Source of the DNA: an uncultured delta proteobacterium
GTDB taxonomy: Bacteria > Myxococcota > UBA727 > VGSZ01
Assembly (NCBI GenBank): GCA_963775425.1
Contig: CAVZJB010000017.1
Span: 352,001 to 416,000 of the forward strand
DNA: 64,000 bases
Direction: 5' to 3'
This document shows, one piece after another, positions 35,689 to 45,508 of this stretch (positions within the stretch are counted from its first letter, which is position 1; every line of letters starts with the position of its first letter). The notes below the pieces were generated by a model. It was not told where the DNA came from and searched no databases. It saw nothing but the letters and a program-made list of their open reading frames with translations. The translations under genes and the position numbers were made by a program.

Positions 35689-36594
35689 ATGCCCGACGCC
35701 GTCATCGACCAGCTCAACCGCAAGGTGCGCCGGATCCACTTCACGGCGGCCACGAACCCGCTGATCGAGGGCGCCGGCCTTCGGGAGACGGGCAACCGCA
35801 GCTACGGAAAGAACATCTACGTCGCCACCCACGATCCGTACAAGGCGAACGACGAGGATCTCCTCATCGGGCGGGCCCTGTCGGCGGGGACGGTGGAGCG
35901 CCTCGGTGACCTCGAGCTGCGGTGCGAGGCGAAGCACGGCGCGCTGGCCGTGGCCATCTTCGACGCGCAGGGCCGCGCTCGCAGCCGCACCCTCACCGCC
36001 CGGGTCCACGGCGCCACGGCGTGCGACGAGGGGCTGTTTGCGTGGTTCAGCGAGCTCGAGGACATCTGCACGCCGTGGAACGACAGCGATCCGCCCGTGT
36101 GCCAGGTGGTCACCGTGGACGGCCTCCGCCGCTACGCCGCGGCGCGCGCCCGCGTCGAGCTGCCCGAGGAGAGCGACCGCGCGCCCTTGCCCCGCGGCGA
36201 GCCCCCGAGCGAGGCGCTCATCCACGTGCGGCTGCGGGCGCTCCTCGAGGGCGCGCTCCCGAAGCACGCGCGCCGCAAGCCCAGCGAGGAGCACGCGGAG
36301 CGGCTGCCGCCCGCGCTCGAGGCGCCGTACCTCGCGGCGCTCACGGAGGCGCGCCGGCTCGGCTGCGAGCGCGCCGGCCTCGAGACCTGGGCCGCGCGGC
36401 TCGCCGCCGACGCGAAGCCCGCCTTCGACGCCATCGCTGCCGCCGTCGCGGCCGCGGACCCGCGCGCCAACGACGACGACGTCGCACGCGCGGCGGCGGT
36501 GGAGGCGCTGCGCGGGCCGAAGCTCCAGTGGGTTGAAGAGCGCGAGCAGCGCGCCGCGCGGCTCGTGTGCCTCTTCCGCTTCGTGACCTCGTAG
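35689..36594 (+). CDS. Hypothetical protein
   Basis: Long ORF with typical GC3 bias; no family recognised; start could be 35671. Confidence 0.6.
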   Translation: MPDAVIDQLNRKVRRIHFTAATNPLIEGAGLRETGNRSYGKNIYVATHDPYKANDEDLLIGRALSAGTVERLGDLELRCEAKHGALAVAIFDAQGRARSRTLTARVHGATACDEGLFAWFSELEDICTPWNDSDPPVCQVVTVDGLRRYAAARARVELPEESDRAPLPRGEPPSEALIHVRLRALLEGALPKHARRKPSEEHAERLPPALEAPYLAALTEARRLGCERAGLETWAARLAADAKPAFDAIAAAVAAADPRANDDDVARAAAVEALRGPKLQWVEEREQRAARLVCLFRFVTS

Positions 36595-36652
36595 CCGCCG
36601 CCTCCGCACGGGAGCGGGCAGCGTTCGCGCGCGCGCGTGTGTCGCTCGTGTG

Positions 36653-36668
36653 TGGCACGCCGCGTGCG
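36653..36668 (+). promoter_or_regulatory. Candidate sigma54 (-24/-12) promoter TGGCACG-N4-GTGC
   Basis: GG-N10-GC spacing; one mismatch to TGGCACG-N4-TTGC; just upstream of ATG 36680. Confidence 0.35.
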
Positions 36669-36679
36669 TCGACGCAGGC

Positions 36680-37438
36680 ATGCCGCGCACCGCCACACCA
36701 TTCGCCCTCGCCATCGCGGTCGCCGCCGCCGCCCTCGGGGCGTGCGCGCCCGACGAGCTCGCTCGCGCGCCGCTGCGCATCGACCTCGGCGACGTCTTCC
36801 CCGAGGCGGCCTCTTTCAGCACGGGCGCAGGCACGCCCACGGACGTTCCCCTCAGCGGATCCTTCGACGTCGACCGTCAGCCCGACGACTGCACCGGCCT
36901 CGAGGACGGCACCGTCACGTTCGACACCGCCAGCGTGGTCTTTCAGGGCGGCTATCACGGCCTGCGCGCAGGCAGCTCCGCGCTCGGCGCCCCGGACGCC
37001 CCGACGTGGACCTGCGACCCGCGCTTCGAGGGTGTCATCGACGACGTCGAAGTGCCGGACGAAGCCCGCGACGGCGTCTTCGCCGTCGACGCCGGCGGCA
37101 TGACGGCGCGCTACGTGGGGCGAAACCTGATCGCGCGGCACCACGTCGTCGCCGACGGGCCCGCCGTCCGGCTCGCGGATCGCTGGCGCACGCGCTTCCA
37201 CCTGGAGCCTGCCACCGACGTGCTCGACGGCGCCGTCGCCGGCGAGCCGAACATGGACGTCCTCGCCGTCGGCGTCGACGACGGCGACCTCTTCGTCGAC
37301 GTCGCCCCCGGCGTCCCCAACGGAGGGGCGGTGATCACCGTGGCGTTCCACGTCGACGAGGTCGCCTGCGACGGCTTCGCGTCCTGCGCGGTGTCGGTGA
37401 CCCACACCGAGTGGGTGGTCGCCGACAGCGGCCTGTGA
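36680..37438 (+). CDS. Hypothetical acidic lipoprotein
   Basis: ALGAC lipobox; Asp-rich beta-type sequence. Confidence 0.65.
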   Translation: MPRTATPFALAIAVAAAALGACAPDELARAPLRIDLGDVFPEAASFSTGAGTPTDVPLSGSFDVDRQPDDCTGLEDGTVTFDTASVVFQGGYHGLRAGSSALGAPDAPTWTCDPRFEGVIDDVEVPDEARDGVFAVDAGGMTARYVGRNLIARHHVVADGPAVRLADRWRTRFHLEPATDVLDGAVAGEPNMDVLAVGVDDGDLFVDVAPGVPNGGAVITVAFHVDEVACDGFASCAVSVTHTEWVVADSGL

Positions 37439-37462
37439 TCTTGCCGCCACCGGGGCGTGGTC

Positions 37463-38428
37463 TCACGCGCGCGCCGGCGCCGCCCCCCGAACGTTCACGC
37501 CGTCGAGGAAGCGCAGCACCGCCGCCCCCCACGCGCCGGGATCCTCGAGCATCGGGTAGTGCCCGACGCCGGGCAGGCGCGTGTGCTCGGCGTTCGGGAT
37601 CTCACGAGCGAGCTGGTCACCGATGGCCCGCACGGCGACGGGGTCGTCGTCGGCCCACAGCACGTGCGCTGGGACGTCGAGGCGCTCGAGCGCACCGACG
37701 AAGCGCTGCATGAAGCGCATGCGCTCATCGAGGTATTGCGAGACCGCCGGCAGCACCGCGCGCCCGCCGTTGTGCTCGAGCGCGAGGTACATCGCGTCGA
37801 GGTGCTCGGCTTCGACGGGCCGGCGCAGGATGCGACGCATGTTGCGCACGAAGAGGCCGCGCGTGGCGAAGCGGACGTAGAGCGGCCCAAGGCGCGAGCG
37901 CAGGATCTTCTGCGCGATGCGGAGGTGGGCGAGCTCCAGGTGGACGCTGCCGTTGGTGAGCGTGACGCTCCCCACCTCGAGGGGGAGCAGGCCGCGCTCC
38001 CGCCGCGCGAGGACCTCGGTGCACACGCTGGTTCCGTAGTCGTGCGCGAGCAGGTGCATGCGCTCGACGCCGAGCGAGCGCCACAGCTCGACGGCGACGT
38101 CGGCTTGCTCCATCAACGAGTAGCCGTACCCGCGCGCGGGTTTGTCCGACAGCCCGAAGCCGATGTGGTCGTGGACGATGACCCGAAAGCGCGCCGCGAG
38201 CGCGTCGACGACGAGGGCGAAGTCGCCGGACCACGAGGGGAAGCCGTGCAGGATGCACAGCGCCGGCCGCTCGCCCGCGGCCGGGGCGCCGGTGTCGACG
38301 ACGAAGACGCGCTTGCGCTCGACCTCGACGAGCCTGCCGCGCGCGCGCCAGTCCTCGAACGGCCCGCGTGACGACGCCGGGTGCGCCTGTGCGGCGCCGG
38401 GGACGGCCGCGTCGCCGCGGTCAGCCAC
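37463..38428 (-). CDS. Alpha/beta hydrolase (epoxide hydrolase/MEST-like)
   Basis: LHGFPS, GFGLSDKP, AHDYG nucleophile Asp, GHYP. Confidence 0.88.
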   Translation of the reverse strand: MADRGDAAVPGAAQAHPASSRGPFEDWRARGRLVEVERKRVFVVDTGAPAAGERPALCILHGFPSWSGDFALVVDALAARFRVIVHDHIGFGLSDKPARGYGYSLMEQADVAVELWRSLGVERMHLLAHDYGTSVCTEVLARRERGLLPLEVGSVTLTNGSVHLELAHLRIAQKILRSRLGPLYVRFATRGLFVRNMRRILRRPVEAEHLDAMYLALEHNGGRAVLPAVSQYLDERMRFMQRFVGALERLDVPAHVLWADDDPVAVRAIGDQLAREIPNAEHTRLPGVGHYPMLEDPGAWGAAVLRFLDGVNVRGAAPARA

Positions 38429-39467
38429 CGACGTCGGCCATGCTGAAAGGAACGCGGTGCGGCGCCACCAGGGGGTGCCAGGAGCGCTTGTCGTCGAGGC
38501 CGGCGTCGAGGAGCGCTTGCAAGGTCTCGTCGGACGCGCCCGACAAGAGCGCCGCGCCGAGGGGGATGCCCCCGGCCTGGTACAGACAGCCGCGCAGGCG
38601 CCCGTCCGCCGTGAGGCGCAGGCGATCGCAGCGCGCGCAGAAGGGCTCCGTGTCCGACGCGATGACGCCGAAGACGACGCCGTCGCCGCTGCGGAAGAGC
38701 GCAGCGGGATCGCTCGGGTGACGGCGCTCGACCGGCGCGACGCCGCCGGCCGCGCGCCCGGCGGCCTCGACGATGTCGCGGCCGGAGACGAACACGGAGC
38801 GGGCGTAGTCGTCGGCGCTGCCGGTGCTCATCAGCTCGATGAAGCGCACCTGCACGCCCGTGGCGCGCGACAGCGCGAGGAAGTCGCCAATCTCGTCATC
38901 GTTCTTCCCGCGCTGGACGACGACGTTGAGCTTGACCTCGTCGAGCACGCCGCGCGCCTTCTCCACCGCGGCCAGCACCGCCTCCGGCGCGCTCTTGCCC
39001 ATGAGGGCCCCGTAGCGCTCGGGGCGCAACGTATCGAGGTGCACGGTGACGCGGCGCAGGCCCGCGCGGGCGAGGCCGTCGACGGTGGCGGCCAGGCGCT
39101 GGCCGTTGGTGGTGAGCGCGAGGTCGGCGTGCGGCATCGCCTCGTGCCAGGCGGCGACGACGTCGACGACGTCGGCGCGCAGCAGCGGCTCTCCACCGGT
39201 GATGCGCACCTTGTGCACGCCGCGGGCGCGGAACAGCCGGCCGAGCCTCAGGTAGTCGGCGGACTCGAGCTGCGCGCGGTGCTCGCGCGACGACGGGAGC
39301 GCCGCGGGGGCGCAGTAGGGGCAGTGGTAGGAGCAGCGCTCGATGACGCTGACGCGCAGCGCGTACGCGGGCAGCCGGCCGCGGGGCTCGTGAGCCGGGC
39401 CGTCCTGACCCGGGCCGTTTGGGACCGGGGTGTCGGGGATGGAGTCGAGGACCGGTAGCGGGGCCAT
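38421..39467 (-). CDS. moaA: GTP 3',8-cyclase (molybdenum cofactor biosynthesis)
   Basis: CSYHCPYC, ITGGEPLLR, TTNG, FCARCDRLRLTADG..GCL, C-terminal GG. Confidence 0.92.
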   Translation of the reverse strand: MAPLPVLDSIPDTPVPNGPGQDGPAHEPRGRLPAYALRVSVIERCSYHCPYCAPAALPSSREHRAQLESADYLRLGRLFRARGVHKVRITGGEPLLRADVVDVVAAWHEAMPHADLALTTNGQRLAATVDGLARAGLRRVTVHLDTLRPERYGALMGKSAPEAVLAAVEKARGVLDEVKLNVVVQRGKNDDEIGDFLALSRATGVQVRFIELMSTGSADDYARSVFVSGRDIVEAAGRAAGGVAPVERRHPSDPAALFRSGDGVVFGVIASDTEPFCARCDRLRLTADGRLRGCLYQAGGIPLGAALLSGASDETLQALLDAGLDDKRSWHPLVAPHRVPFSMADVGG

Positions 39468-39492
39468 GAGCTGCGTCGTATTCCTCTCGAGT

Positions 39493-40191
39493 ATGGGCGA
39501 TACCGACGACAACGAGAAGCTGCAACGCGTGGTGGAGGCGCGGATGCGCTTGAAGGCGCGCTTCGCGGAGGCCCAGCGCAGGAGCCCCTCGGTCGCCGAC
39601 GACGCGCCCCAGGGAGAGGGGCCGCCCAACCGCCACGGCATGCCGCAGGTCCCGACGGGTCAGGTGAAGACGGAGCGGTGGCCCATCCTCGACCTCGGCG
39701 TTCGTCCGCGCGTCCCCGATCCGTGGCGCGTCGTCGTCGACGGCGCCGTGCACCAGCCGGTCACGCTCGATTGGGACGCGTTCATGGCGCTGCCGCAGGT
39801 CGACGACACCAGCGACTTTCACTGCGTGACGACGTGGTCCAAGCTCGATGTCGCCTGGCGCGGGGTGCGCGTGTCGACGCTGCTGGCGCTCGCCGAGCCC
39901 CTCGACGAGGCCACGCACCTGATGTGCCACGGCTACGACGGCTACTCCACCAACGTGTCCCTCGCGGAGGCCACCAAGGACGACGTCCTCCTCGCCCACA
40001 CCGTCGGCGGCAGGCCGCTCCCCCCGGAGCACGGCGGGCCCGTCCGCATGATCACGCCACAACTGTACGCCTGGAAGGGGAGCAAGTGGATCGCGCGCCT
40101 CGAGGTGATGGTCGGTGACAAGCCGGGCTTTTGGGAAGAGCGCGGCTACTCGATGACCGCGTATCCGTGGCGCGACGATCGCTACCGCTGA
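39493..40191 (+). CDS. Molybdopterin-dependent oxidoreductase (sulfite oxidase-like, YuiH/MsrP superfamily)
   Basis: DFHCVTTWS, EHGGPVR, YAWKGSKW, GFWEERGY. Confidence 0.88.
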   Translation: MGDTDDNEKLQRVVEARMRLKARFAEAQRRSPSVADDAPQGEGPPNRHGMPQVPTGQVKTERWPILDLGVRPRVPDPWRVVVDGAVHQPVTLDWDAFMALPQVDDTSDFHCVTTWSKLDVAWRGVRVSTLLALAEPLDEATHLMCHGYDGYSTNVSLAEATKDDVLLAHTVGGRPLPPEHGGPVRMITPQLYAWKGSKWIARLEVMVGDKPGFWEERGYSMTAYPWRDDRYR

Positions 40192-41522
40192 TTTGCGGAG
40201 AGCACGACGACGTCGAGCGGCGCCACGGCCTCGCGCATCAGCTCGGCCACCCGCTCGTCGGTGCCGTCCTGGGCGACGGCGCTGTCGAACGCCTCGGACT
40301 CGCCCGGCTGGAGCGTGCCGAAGTCGTGCGAGAGCATGAAGCCCACGTCGTCGGGCCCGAGGTCCTCGGTGATGTCGAGGCCGCCGCGCTCGTAGACGTC
40401 GTCGTGGAGCGCGGGGGCCGCGCCCACGAGCTGGTGTGAGGGCGCGTCGTCGAAGCAGAAGCCCGACGCGCGTGGAACGAGATCGCCCGGCTTCTGCACG
40501 AGGCAGCCGTCGACGACGCTCGCGGTGTCGTTCCCCGAGGAGCTGCCCATGTCGTAGTCGACGAGCTCGTCGACGCCGACGCCGTCGACGGCGACGGCGC
40601 CGGTGTTCTCCACGACGAACGTGGCGTGAACGAGCGCGGTGTCGGCGTCGCTGGTGAGGTACTCGGTGAGCGCGAGCGGCCCCGACGAGACACGGGTGCG
40701 CACGAGGTGGAACGCGGGCTCGTCGATGGCCTCGGGGCCGGAGACGAGCGTATGCACCGTGAACGGTGCGCCGGTGGGGTTCCGGGCGGTGGGCGTGATG
40801 GTGTACGCGTCGCCGGTCCGGATGCGGATGCAGCGGTCGAAGATCTCGAGGGCGCTGGACTCGATGAGCAACGGCTGGCTGCCGTCGCCGGCGGACAGGT
40901 GCGCGCCGGCCGCGCCGCCGAGGTCGCTCGTCGACGTGCCGACCAGCTCCGGCGCGGCGCCGCCGTTCACGACGAAGTGCACGACGTACGTCGACGCGAT
41001 GGTTGCGTCGATGGGCGTGACGGGCGCGAACAGGAAGATCACCCGATCCGACGAGAGAGACGCGGCGAACGCGTCGATCGCGCCCGCGGGTCCCTCGAGC
41101 TTGGCCGCGGCGGGATCGATGGCGCCGGCCGCGCCGGCGAGGTCGGCGAGCGCGCGCAGATCGACGGTGAGCCGCACGGGCAACGCGGTGCGCGCGACGC
41201 CGCCTCCGGTCACGGAGAGCGCGCCGTCGACGCCGATGGGCCCTGGATCGCCTTCTCCCTCTCCTTCGCCCTCTCCCTCTCCTTCTCCCTCTCCTTCGCC
41301 TTCTCCTTCTCCTTCTCCTTCTCCTTCGCCTTCTCCCTCTCCTTCGCCTTCTCCTTCGCCTTCGCCCTCGCCTTCGCCCTCGCTGGCGGCGAGCGCGCAG
41401 AAGCCGTCGCGGCAGACGGCGGCGGCGGCACAATCGTCGTCGACCGAGCACGGCGTGGAGAAGAGGTGACACGCCGGCGCGAGCGCGAGCGCGAGGAGGA
41501 CGATGGGGGCGCGCGCGCTCAT
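40182..41522 (-). CDS. Lipoprotein with Cys module and (GE)n tract
   Basis: LAPAC lipobox; CSVDDDC..AVC; ATGA coupling to the upstream TPR gene. Confidence 0.7.
   Translation of the reverse strand: MSARAPIVLLALALAPACHLFSTPCSVDDDCAAAAVCRDGFCALAASEGEGEGEGEGEGEGEGEGEGEGEGEGEGEGEGEGEGEGEGEGEGDPGPIGVDGALSVTGGGVARTALPVRLTVDLRALADLAGAAGAIDPAAAKLEGPAGAIDAFAASLSSDRVIFLFAPVTPIDATIASTYVVHFVVNGGAAPELVGTSTSDLGGAAGAHLSAGDGSQPLLIESSALEIFDRCIRIRTGDAYTITPTARNPTGAPFTVHTLVSGPEAIDEPAFHLVRTRVSSGPLALTEYLTSDADTALVHATFVVENTGAVAVDGVGVDELVDYDMGSSSGNDTASVVDGCLVQKPGDLVPRASGFCFDDAPSHQLVGAAPALHDDVYERGGLDITEDLGPDDVGFMLSHDFGTLQPGESEAFDSAVAQDGTDERVAELMREAVAPLDVVVLSANQR
41250..41381 (-). repeat. (Glu-Gly)n coding microsatellite, about 22 units
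   Basis: ttctcc/ttcgcc/ctctcc repeats. Confidence 0.95.
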
Positions 41523-42211
41523 TCGGCGACCGCCATCACAACGCCGACGACGGCTGCGGCCATGCCGAGCCCCGCGCCTCCGAGCGCGACCCACCCCGTC
41601 TGTTGCCAGGTGCGCCGCTCGTCGAGAGGACGCCCGGCGTCGGCAACGAGCGCGTCGGCGACGAGCGCGAGCCCGCCGCCGACGACGGCGACACCGCCGC
41701 CGGCGCCGGCCAGGACGAGGGCGAGCGGCGGTCCCCGCGGCGCGGCCGGCGCGCCGGGTGGCGACCGCGGGTCCGGGGGCGTCGTTCGCGCAAGCTCGGG
41801 TGGCGCCGCTGCCGCGGGCGTCGACGTCGAGCCGGCGGGCGTCGACCCTGGGCTCGCCGGAGCGCGCGTGGCGCGCAATTCGGTGCGAACGAGATCGAAG
41901 AACGTCTTCACCTTCGGCGAGAGCGACTCGTTGCGCGGCGGCAGTTGCGCGTCCGGATCCGCCGAGAGCGCCGCCAGGAAGTGCATGCGCGCCTCCGTCT
42001 CGTCACCCGCGACGCGCGCGGCGATGCCCGCGCACAGGTGCGCGTGCTCGAGCTCGGCGGGCGTGGCGTCGCCCGCCGCGACCGCGAGGGTGTACGCCTC
42101 GAGCGCCTCCTTGTACTCGAGCCCGTCGAGCGCTGCGTCACCTTGCGCGAGGTACGAGGATGCCGCGCTCGTCGGCGACGCCGCGGCGATCAGGAGCGCG
42201 AGGGTCCACAT
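41519..42211 (-). CDS. Exported TPR-like protein with C-terminal hydrophobic hairpin
   Basis: Signal peptide, YKEALEAY / EARMHFLAAL..DP helices, SPK motif. Confidence 0.65.
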   Translation of the reverse strand: MWTLALLIAAASPTSAASSYLAQGDAALDGLEYKEALEAYTLAVAAGDATPAELEHAHLCAGIAARVAGDETEARMHFLAALSADPDAQLPPRNESLSPKVKTFFDLVRTELRATRAPASPGSTPAGSTSTPAAAAPPELARTTPPDPRSPPGAPAAPRGPPLALVLAGAGGGVAVVGGGLALVADALVADAGRPLDERRTWQQTGWVALGGAGLGMAAAVVGVVMAVAE

Positions 42212-42259
42212 CCAGCGGCAGGATAGCCTGCGCTCGCCGGCGCGCGCGCGCCGGACACC

Positions 42260-44386
42260 TCACTGCACCGAGCTCTGCAACGTGTACGCGCCCCCGTCGC
42301 CGGCCCCGTAGCCGTCGACCAGGACGAACCACAGACCGTCGCCGGCGCCGTCGCTTTGGAGGGTGGTCTCCACGTCGGAGCAGAGCTGTTGCCCCGGCTC
42401 GAGGTCGTCGTTGCACGCGCCCTGGTACGTGGGCCCCAGGCATGCCCCGTCGCGGACCTCGAGGACGGTGTCGAAGCCGGTGTCGGGGCTGCAGGTCCGA
42501 AGCGACGTCGCGTGCGCGCCCGGACACGTCGCGAAGTACCAGAGCTGGTCCGGCCCGTCCCCGCCGTCGGGGATCACGCACGAAGGCGCGGTGACGTTCT
42601 CGAGGCCGGTGCTGTCGCCGTGCGCCTCGCCCTGCGCGACGTCGAGGAGCGCCGCGTTGCTGCAGCCCGCCTGCTGCAGCTTGAACTGCACGTGGCCGGT
42701 GGCGCCCGCCTCCTTGGCCTTCACCACCGCCGTGTACGGCCCGGCCTCCATCACCCCGAGGAAGTGGCCGCCGCCCGCGGCGTCGCCGCAGCCGTCGTCG
42801 ACGCACAGCGCCTCGTCGGTGCACGCGTTGCCGCGGAAGACCGAGAGGGTGGTGTCGATGTCGGACCCGTAGGTGGACATGTACACGATGCCCGCCGTCG
42901 ACACGTCGAATTGGAAGAAGAGGTCGCCGCCGGCGCCGCCGCAGGACGGGGAGACGTCGCCGGCGTTGTCGGCGGTGATCTCGCCCTGGAAGAGGCCGGA
43001 GCCGTCGATGGTGTGGGCGGTCTTGCAGGTGGCGTTGTCGGTGAGCGGCGCGCAGCCGTCGTCGGGGACGCCGTCGCAGGACTCGTCGCGGCCGTTGCCG
43101 CAGATCTCGGTGGTCGGATCGCAGATGTTCGGGTCGTCGGGGAGCGTCACCGGCACGCGCACGACGTCGTTGGTGTAGTCGAGCTCGCCGAGGACGCGCG
43201 CCGGGTTCACCGCGACCTCGAGGACGTAGTCGCCGGCGGGCACCCCGGTGACGTCGATCCACTGGCAGTCGAGGTGCCGGCCGTAGGTGTCGGCCCAGCC
43301 GACGGAGATGCCCTGGTTTCCGCAGTCGAAGCGCGCGTTGCCCGCGTCCTGGTCGACGGGCTCGAGGTCCTCGAGGCAGAAGGCCTGCTTGTGGCCGGTG
43401 GCCGCCACGTCGCCGTCCTGCGTGAGCAGCCGGTAGTTCGCGTACTGATCGAAGTGGTAGTGCTGGTGGCACGGCGAGAAGTGGAAGAACGGGTTGGCCT
43501 CGGGCCGGCCGACGACGAGGTCGGCGTTGCCGTGGTTGGGCGTGGTGGTCGAGAAGTTCAGGTAGCGCCCCGAGCCCGGCGTGGCGCACGCCTCCTGCAC
43601 GTCGCACGCGTTGTCACCGAAGAACTGGTCGATGACGCGCACCGAGTCCGCGAGCACCTGCGTGTCGACAGTGAGGTCGGCCATCATGCAGGTGTCGTCG
43701 ACGCAATTGGAGGCGGGGCAGCACGCGCCGCCGCAGACGTCGTCGTGACAGACCATGTCCACGGTGACCACGGGCACCGTGATGCTGTTGTTGGAGCCGT
43801 CGCCGTCGAAGACGCCGTCGGGGTCCACGGTGAGGACGAGGCCGTAGTCACCGGGAGGGACGTCGGTGACGTCGAGGAGCGACGACGCCGTGAACGCGAT
43901 CGGCGCCGTACCGCCGGCGGCGGCGAGCGAAAAGCCGGGCTGCACGTCGAGCGGCCCTCCGGCGACGACGGTGCCGTCGCGCGCGACGAGCTTCCAGGTG
44001 ACGAAGCCGAGCAGGGCGTGGCCGCCGCCGCACGCGGCGTCGCCGAGGTGGACGTTGGTGGCCCCCACGCTGAAGTCCCGCGTGCCGTTGTTGCGCATGA
44101 CGAGGTCGAAGCCCATGAGCGCGCGGATGCCGCCCTGCTCGACGGTGCCCGCGGTGACGTCGCAGTCGTCGTCGGCGAAGCGGCGGAAGGAGAAGTGCAC
44201 GCTGGGGGCGACGTCGGTGACGTCGAGGACGAGGTCGACGTCGGCGGGCGGCCGCTCGCCTTCTCCCTCCTCGCCCTCGCCCTCGCCCTCGCCTTCGCCG
44301 CTCGACGTCGAGGGCGCGGGGCAGCCGGCGAGCGCGGCGCCGGCGGCGAGGGTGACGACGAGGAAGAGGCGGGGCGGGCGCGTCAT
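42260..44386 (-). CDS. Lipoprotein with lysyl-oxidase domain (plus degenerate N-terminal LOX-like copy and C-terminal Cys-rich PPC-like domains)
   Basis: LAGC lipobox; CHQHYH, GHKQAFCLED, WADTY..LDCQWIDVT.V..GDY.L.V.VNP. Confidence 0.85.
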   Translation of the reverse strand: MTRPPRLFLVVTLAAGAALAGCPAPSTSSGEGEGEGEGEEGEGERPPADVDLVLDVTDVAPSVHFSFRRFADDDCDVTAGTVEQGGIRALMGFDLVMRNNGTRDFSVGATNVHLGDAACGGGHALLGFVTWKLVARDGTVVAGGPLDVQPGFSLAAAGGTAPIAFTASSLLDVTDVPPGDYGLVLTVDPDGVFDGDGSNNSITVPVVTVDMVCHDDVCGGACCPASNCVDDTCMMADLTVDTQVLADSVRVIDQFFGDNACDVQEACATPGSGRYLNFSTTTPNHGNADLVVGRPEANPFFHFSPCHQHYHFDQYANYRLLTQDGDVAATGHKQAFCLEDLEPVDQDAGNARFDCGNQGISVGWADTYGRHLDCQWIDVTGVPAGDYVLEVAVNPARVLGELDYTNDVVRVPVTLPDDPNICDPTTEICGNGRDESCDGVPDDGCAPLTDNATCKTAHTIDGSGLFQGEITADNAGDVSPSCGGAGGDLFFQFDVSTAGIVYMSTYGSDIDTTLSVFRGNACTDEALCVDDGCGDAAGGGHFLGVMEAGPYTAVVKAKEAGATGHVQFKLQQAGCSNAALLDVAQGEAHGDSTGLENVTAPSCVIPDGGDGPDQLWYFATCPGAHATSLRTCSPDTGFDTVLEVRDGACLGPTYQGACNDDLEPGQQLCSDVETTLQSDGAGDGLWFVLVDGYGAGDGGAYTLQSSVQ
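44255..44299 (-). repeat. Short (Gly-Glu)n tract
   Basis: GEGEGEGEGEEGEGE. Confidence 0.9.
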
Positions 44387-44478
44387 ATGGGACGAACCCT
44401 AGCGGGCCGCCCGCGCGCCGCCGACGGTGGATCGGCTGACATCTCCGACGGGGCCGCGCGTGACGCAGCGCCCCAAGC

Positions 44479-45312
44479 CTACTGCCCGGGCGGGAGGGCG
44501 ACGTGGAGGCAGCCGATGAGCGCCGCGCGCGTCGCGGGCCACGCCTCGCGCGGGAGCGTGTCCGTGCGCAGCGCGCGATCGGCGCGGGCGCGGCAGGCTT
44601 CGCTGGCGGGCTGCACGAAGACGCGGTGGCTCAGCGAGATGAGGGCGGCCTCCTCGGCGTCGCCCGGGTGCGGGAGGCCGTGCCGCCGCTGCTCGCGAAC
44701 GCGCGCGAGGTCGTGCTTGACGCGCGCGGTGTCGGTGGCCCCCGGCGCGTGCCGCGCGAGGTAGGTGCGGAACCAGTGCTCGGCCTGCGCGGGGCAGCCC
44801 TTCATCGCGAAGGCCTCGCCGACGTCGCGCAGCAGGAACGGGATCGCGCGCCCACCGTGCGGCCTCCGCTCCTCGCGCGCCTCGGCGGCGAGCATCTGGC
44901 GCAGGCCGTCGTCGGTGCGGCCCTGGTGAAACCAGAGGAGGAAGCCGTCGTAGTAGAGGTCGTACGTCGCTTCGTCGTACGTGTCGTTCATCCGGAACCC
45001 GTCATGCTGCCCGGGCGGCGGCGCGCGCAGCCGGCCCGGCGCGATGCCGCACGCCGGCGGCGCGTGCCTCTTCGGCGGGGGCATCGTCTTGCGCGGGGGC
45101 GGCTGTCGGGGCGTCGTCTTCGGCGGGGGCGGCGTCTTCGGCGGCGTCGTCTTCGGCGGCGGCGTCGTCTTCGGCGGCGGCGTCGTCTTCGGCGACGAGG
45201 CGACGGAGACGGCGCCCACGACGGCGAGCGGGATCAGCGCGAGCAGCAGGATGGAGAGGAGCGACGGGCGCGCGGGGACGATCTCGGCCGGCGTGTGTCC
45301 TCGAGAGACCAT
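44479..45312 (-). CDS. Hypothetical membrane-anchored protein with KTTPPP repeats and TPR-like helices
   Basis: N-terminal TM helix; PKTTPPP repeats at about 45070-45192; AEHWFRTYL. Confidence 0.55.
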   Translation of the reverse strand: MVSRGHTPAEIVPARPSLLSILLLALIPLAVVGAVSVASSPKTTPPPKTTPPPKTTPPKTPPPPKTTPRQPPPRKTMPPPKRHAPPACGIAPGRLRAPPPGQHDGFRMNDTYDEATYDLYYDGFLLWFHQGRTDDGLRQMLAAEAREERRPHGGRAIPFLLRDVGEAFAMKGCPAQAEHWFRTYLARHAPGATDTARVKHDLARVREQRRHGLPHPGDAEEAALISLSHRVFVQPASEACRARADRALRTDTLPREAWPATRAALIGCLHVALPPGQ

Positions 45313-45508
45313 CCGTCGATCGTGTCGCGCATCGACCGCTTGGCGCCACGGTGTCCGCGTGACCTGCGTCGCGAGCGACATGTGACGGACCCCGCCGGCG
45401 CGGCACGCGCCACGTCGCGCAGCAGGTCGGCGCTTGCTCGCGGCTTCGCGTGCCTTGCGGCGTCACCGGCCCCGCATTGAAGCGCCGGCGCCCGACCGCC
45501 GGTCCCTT

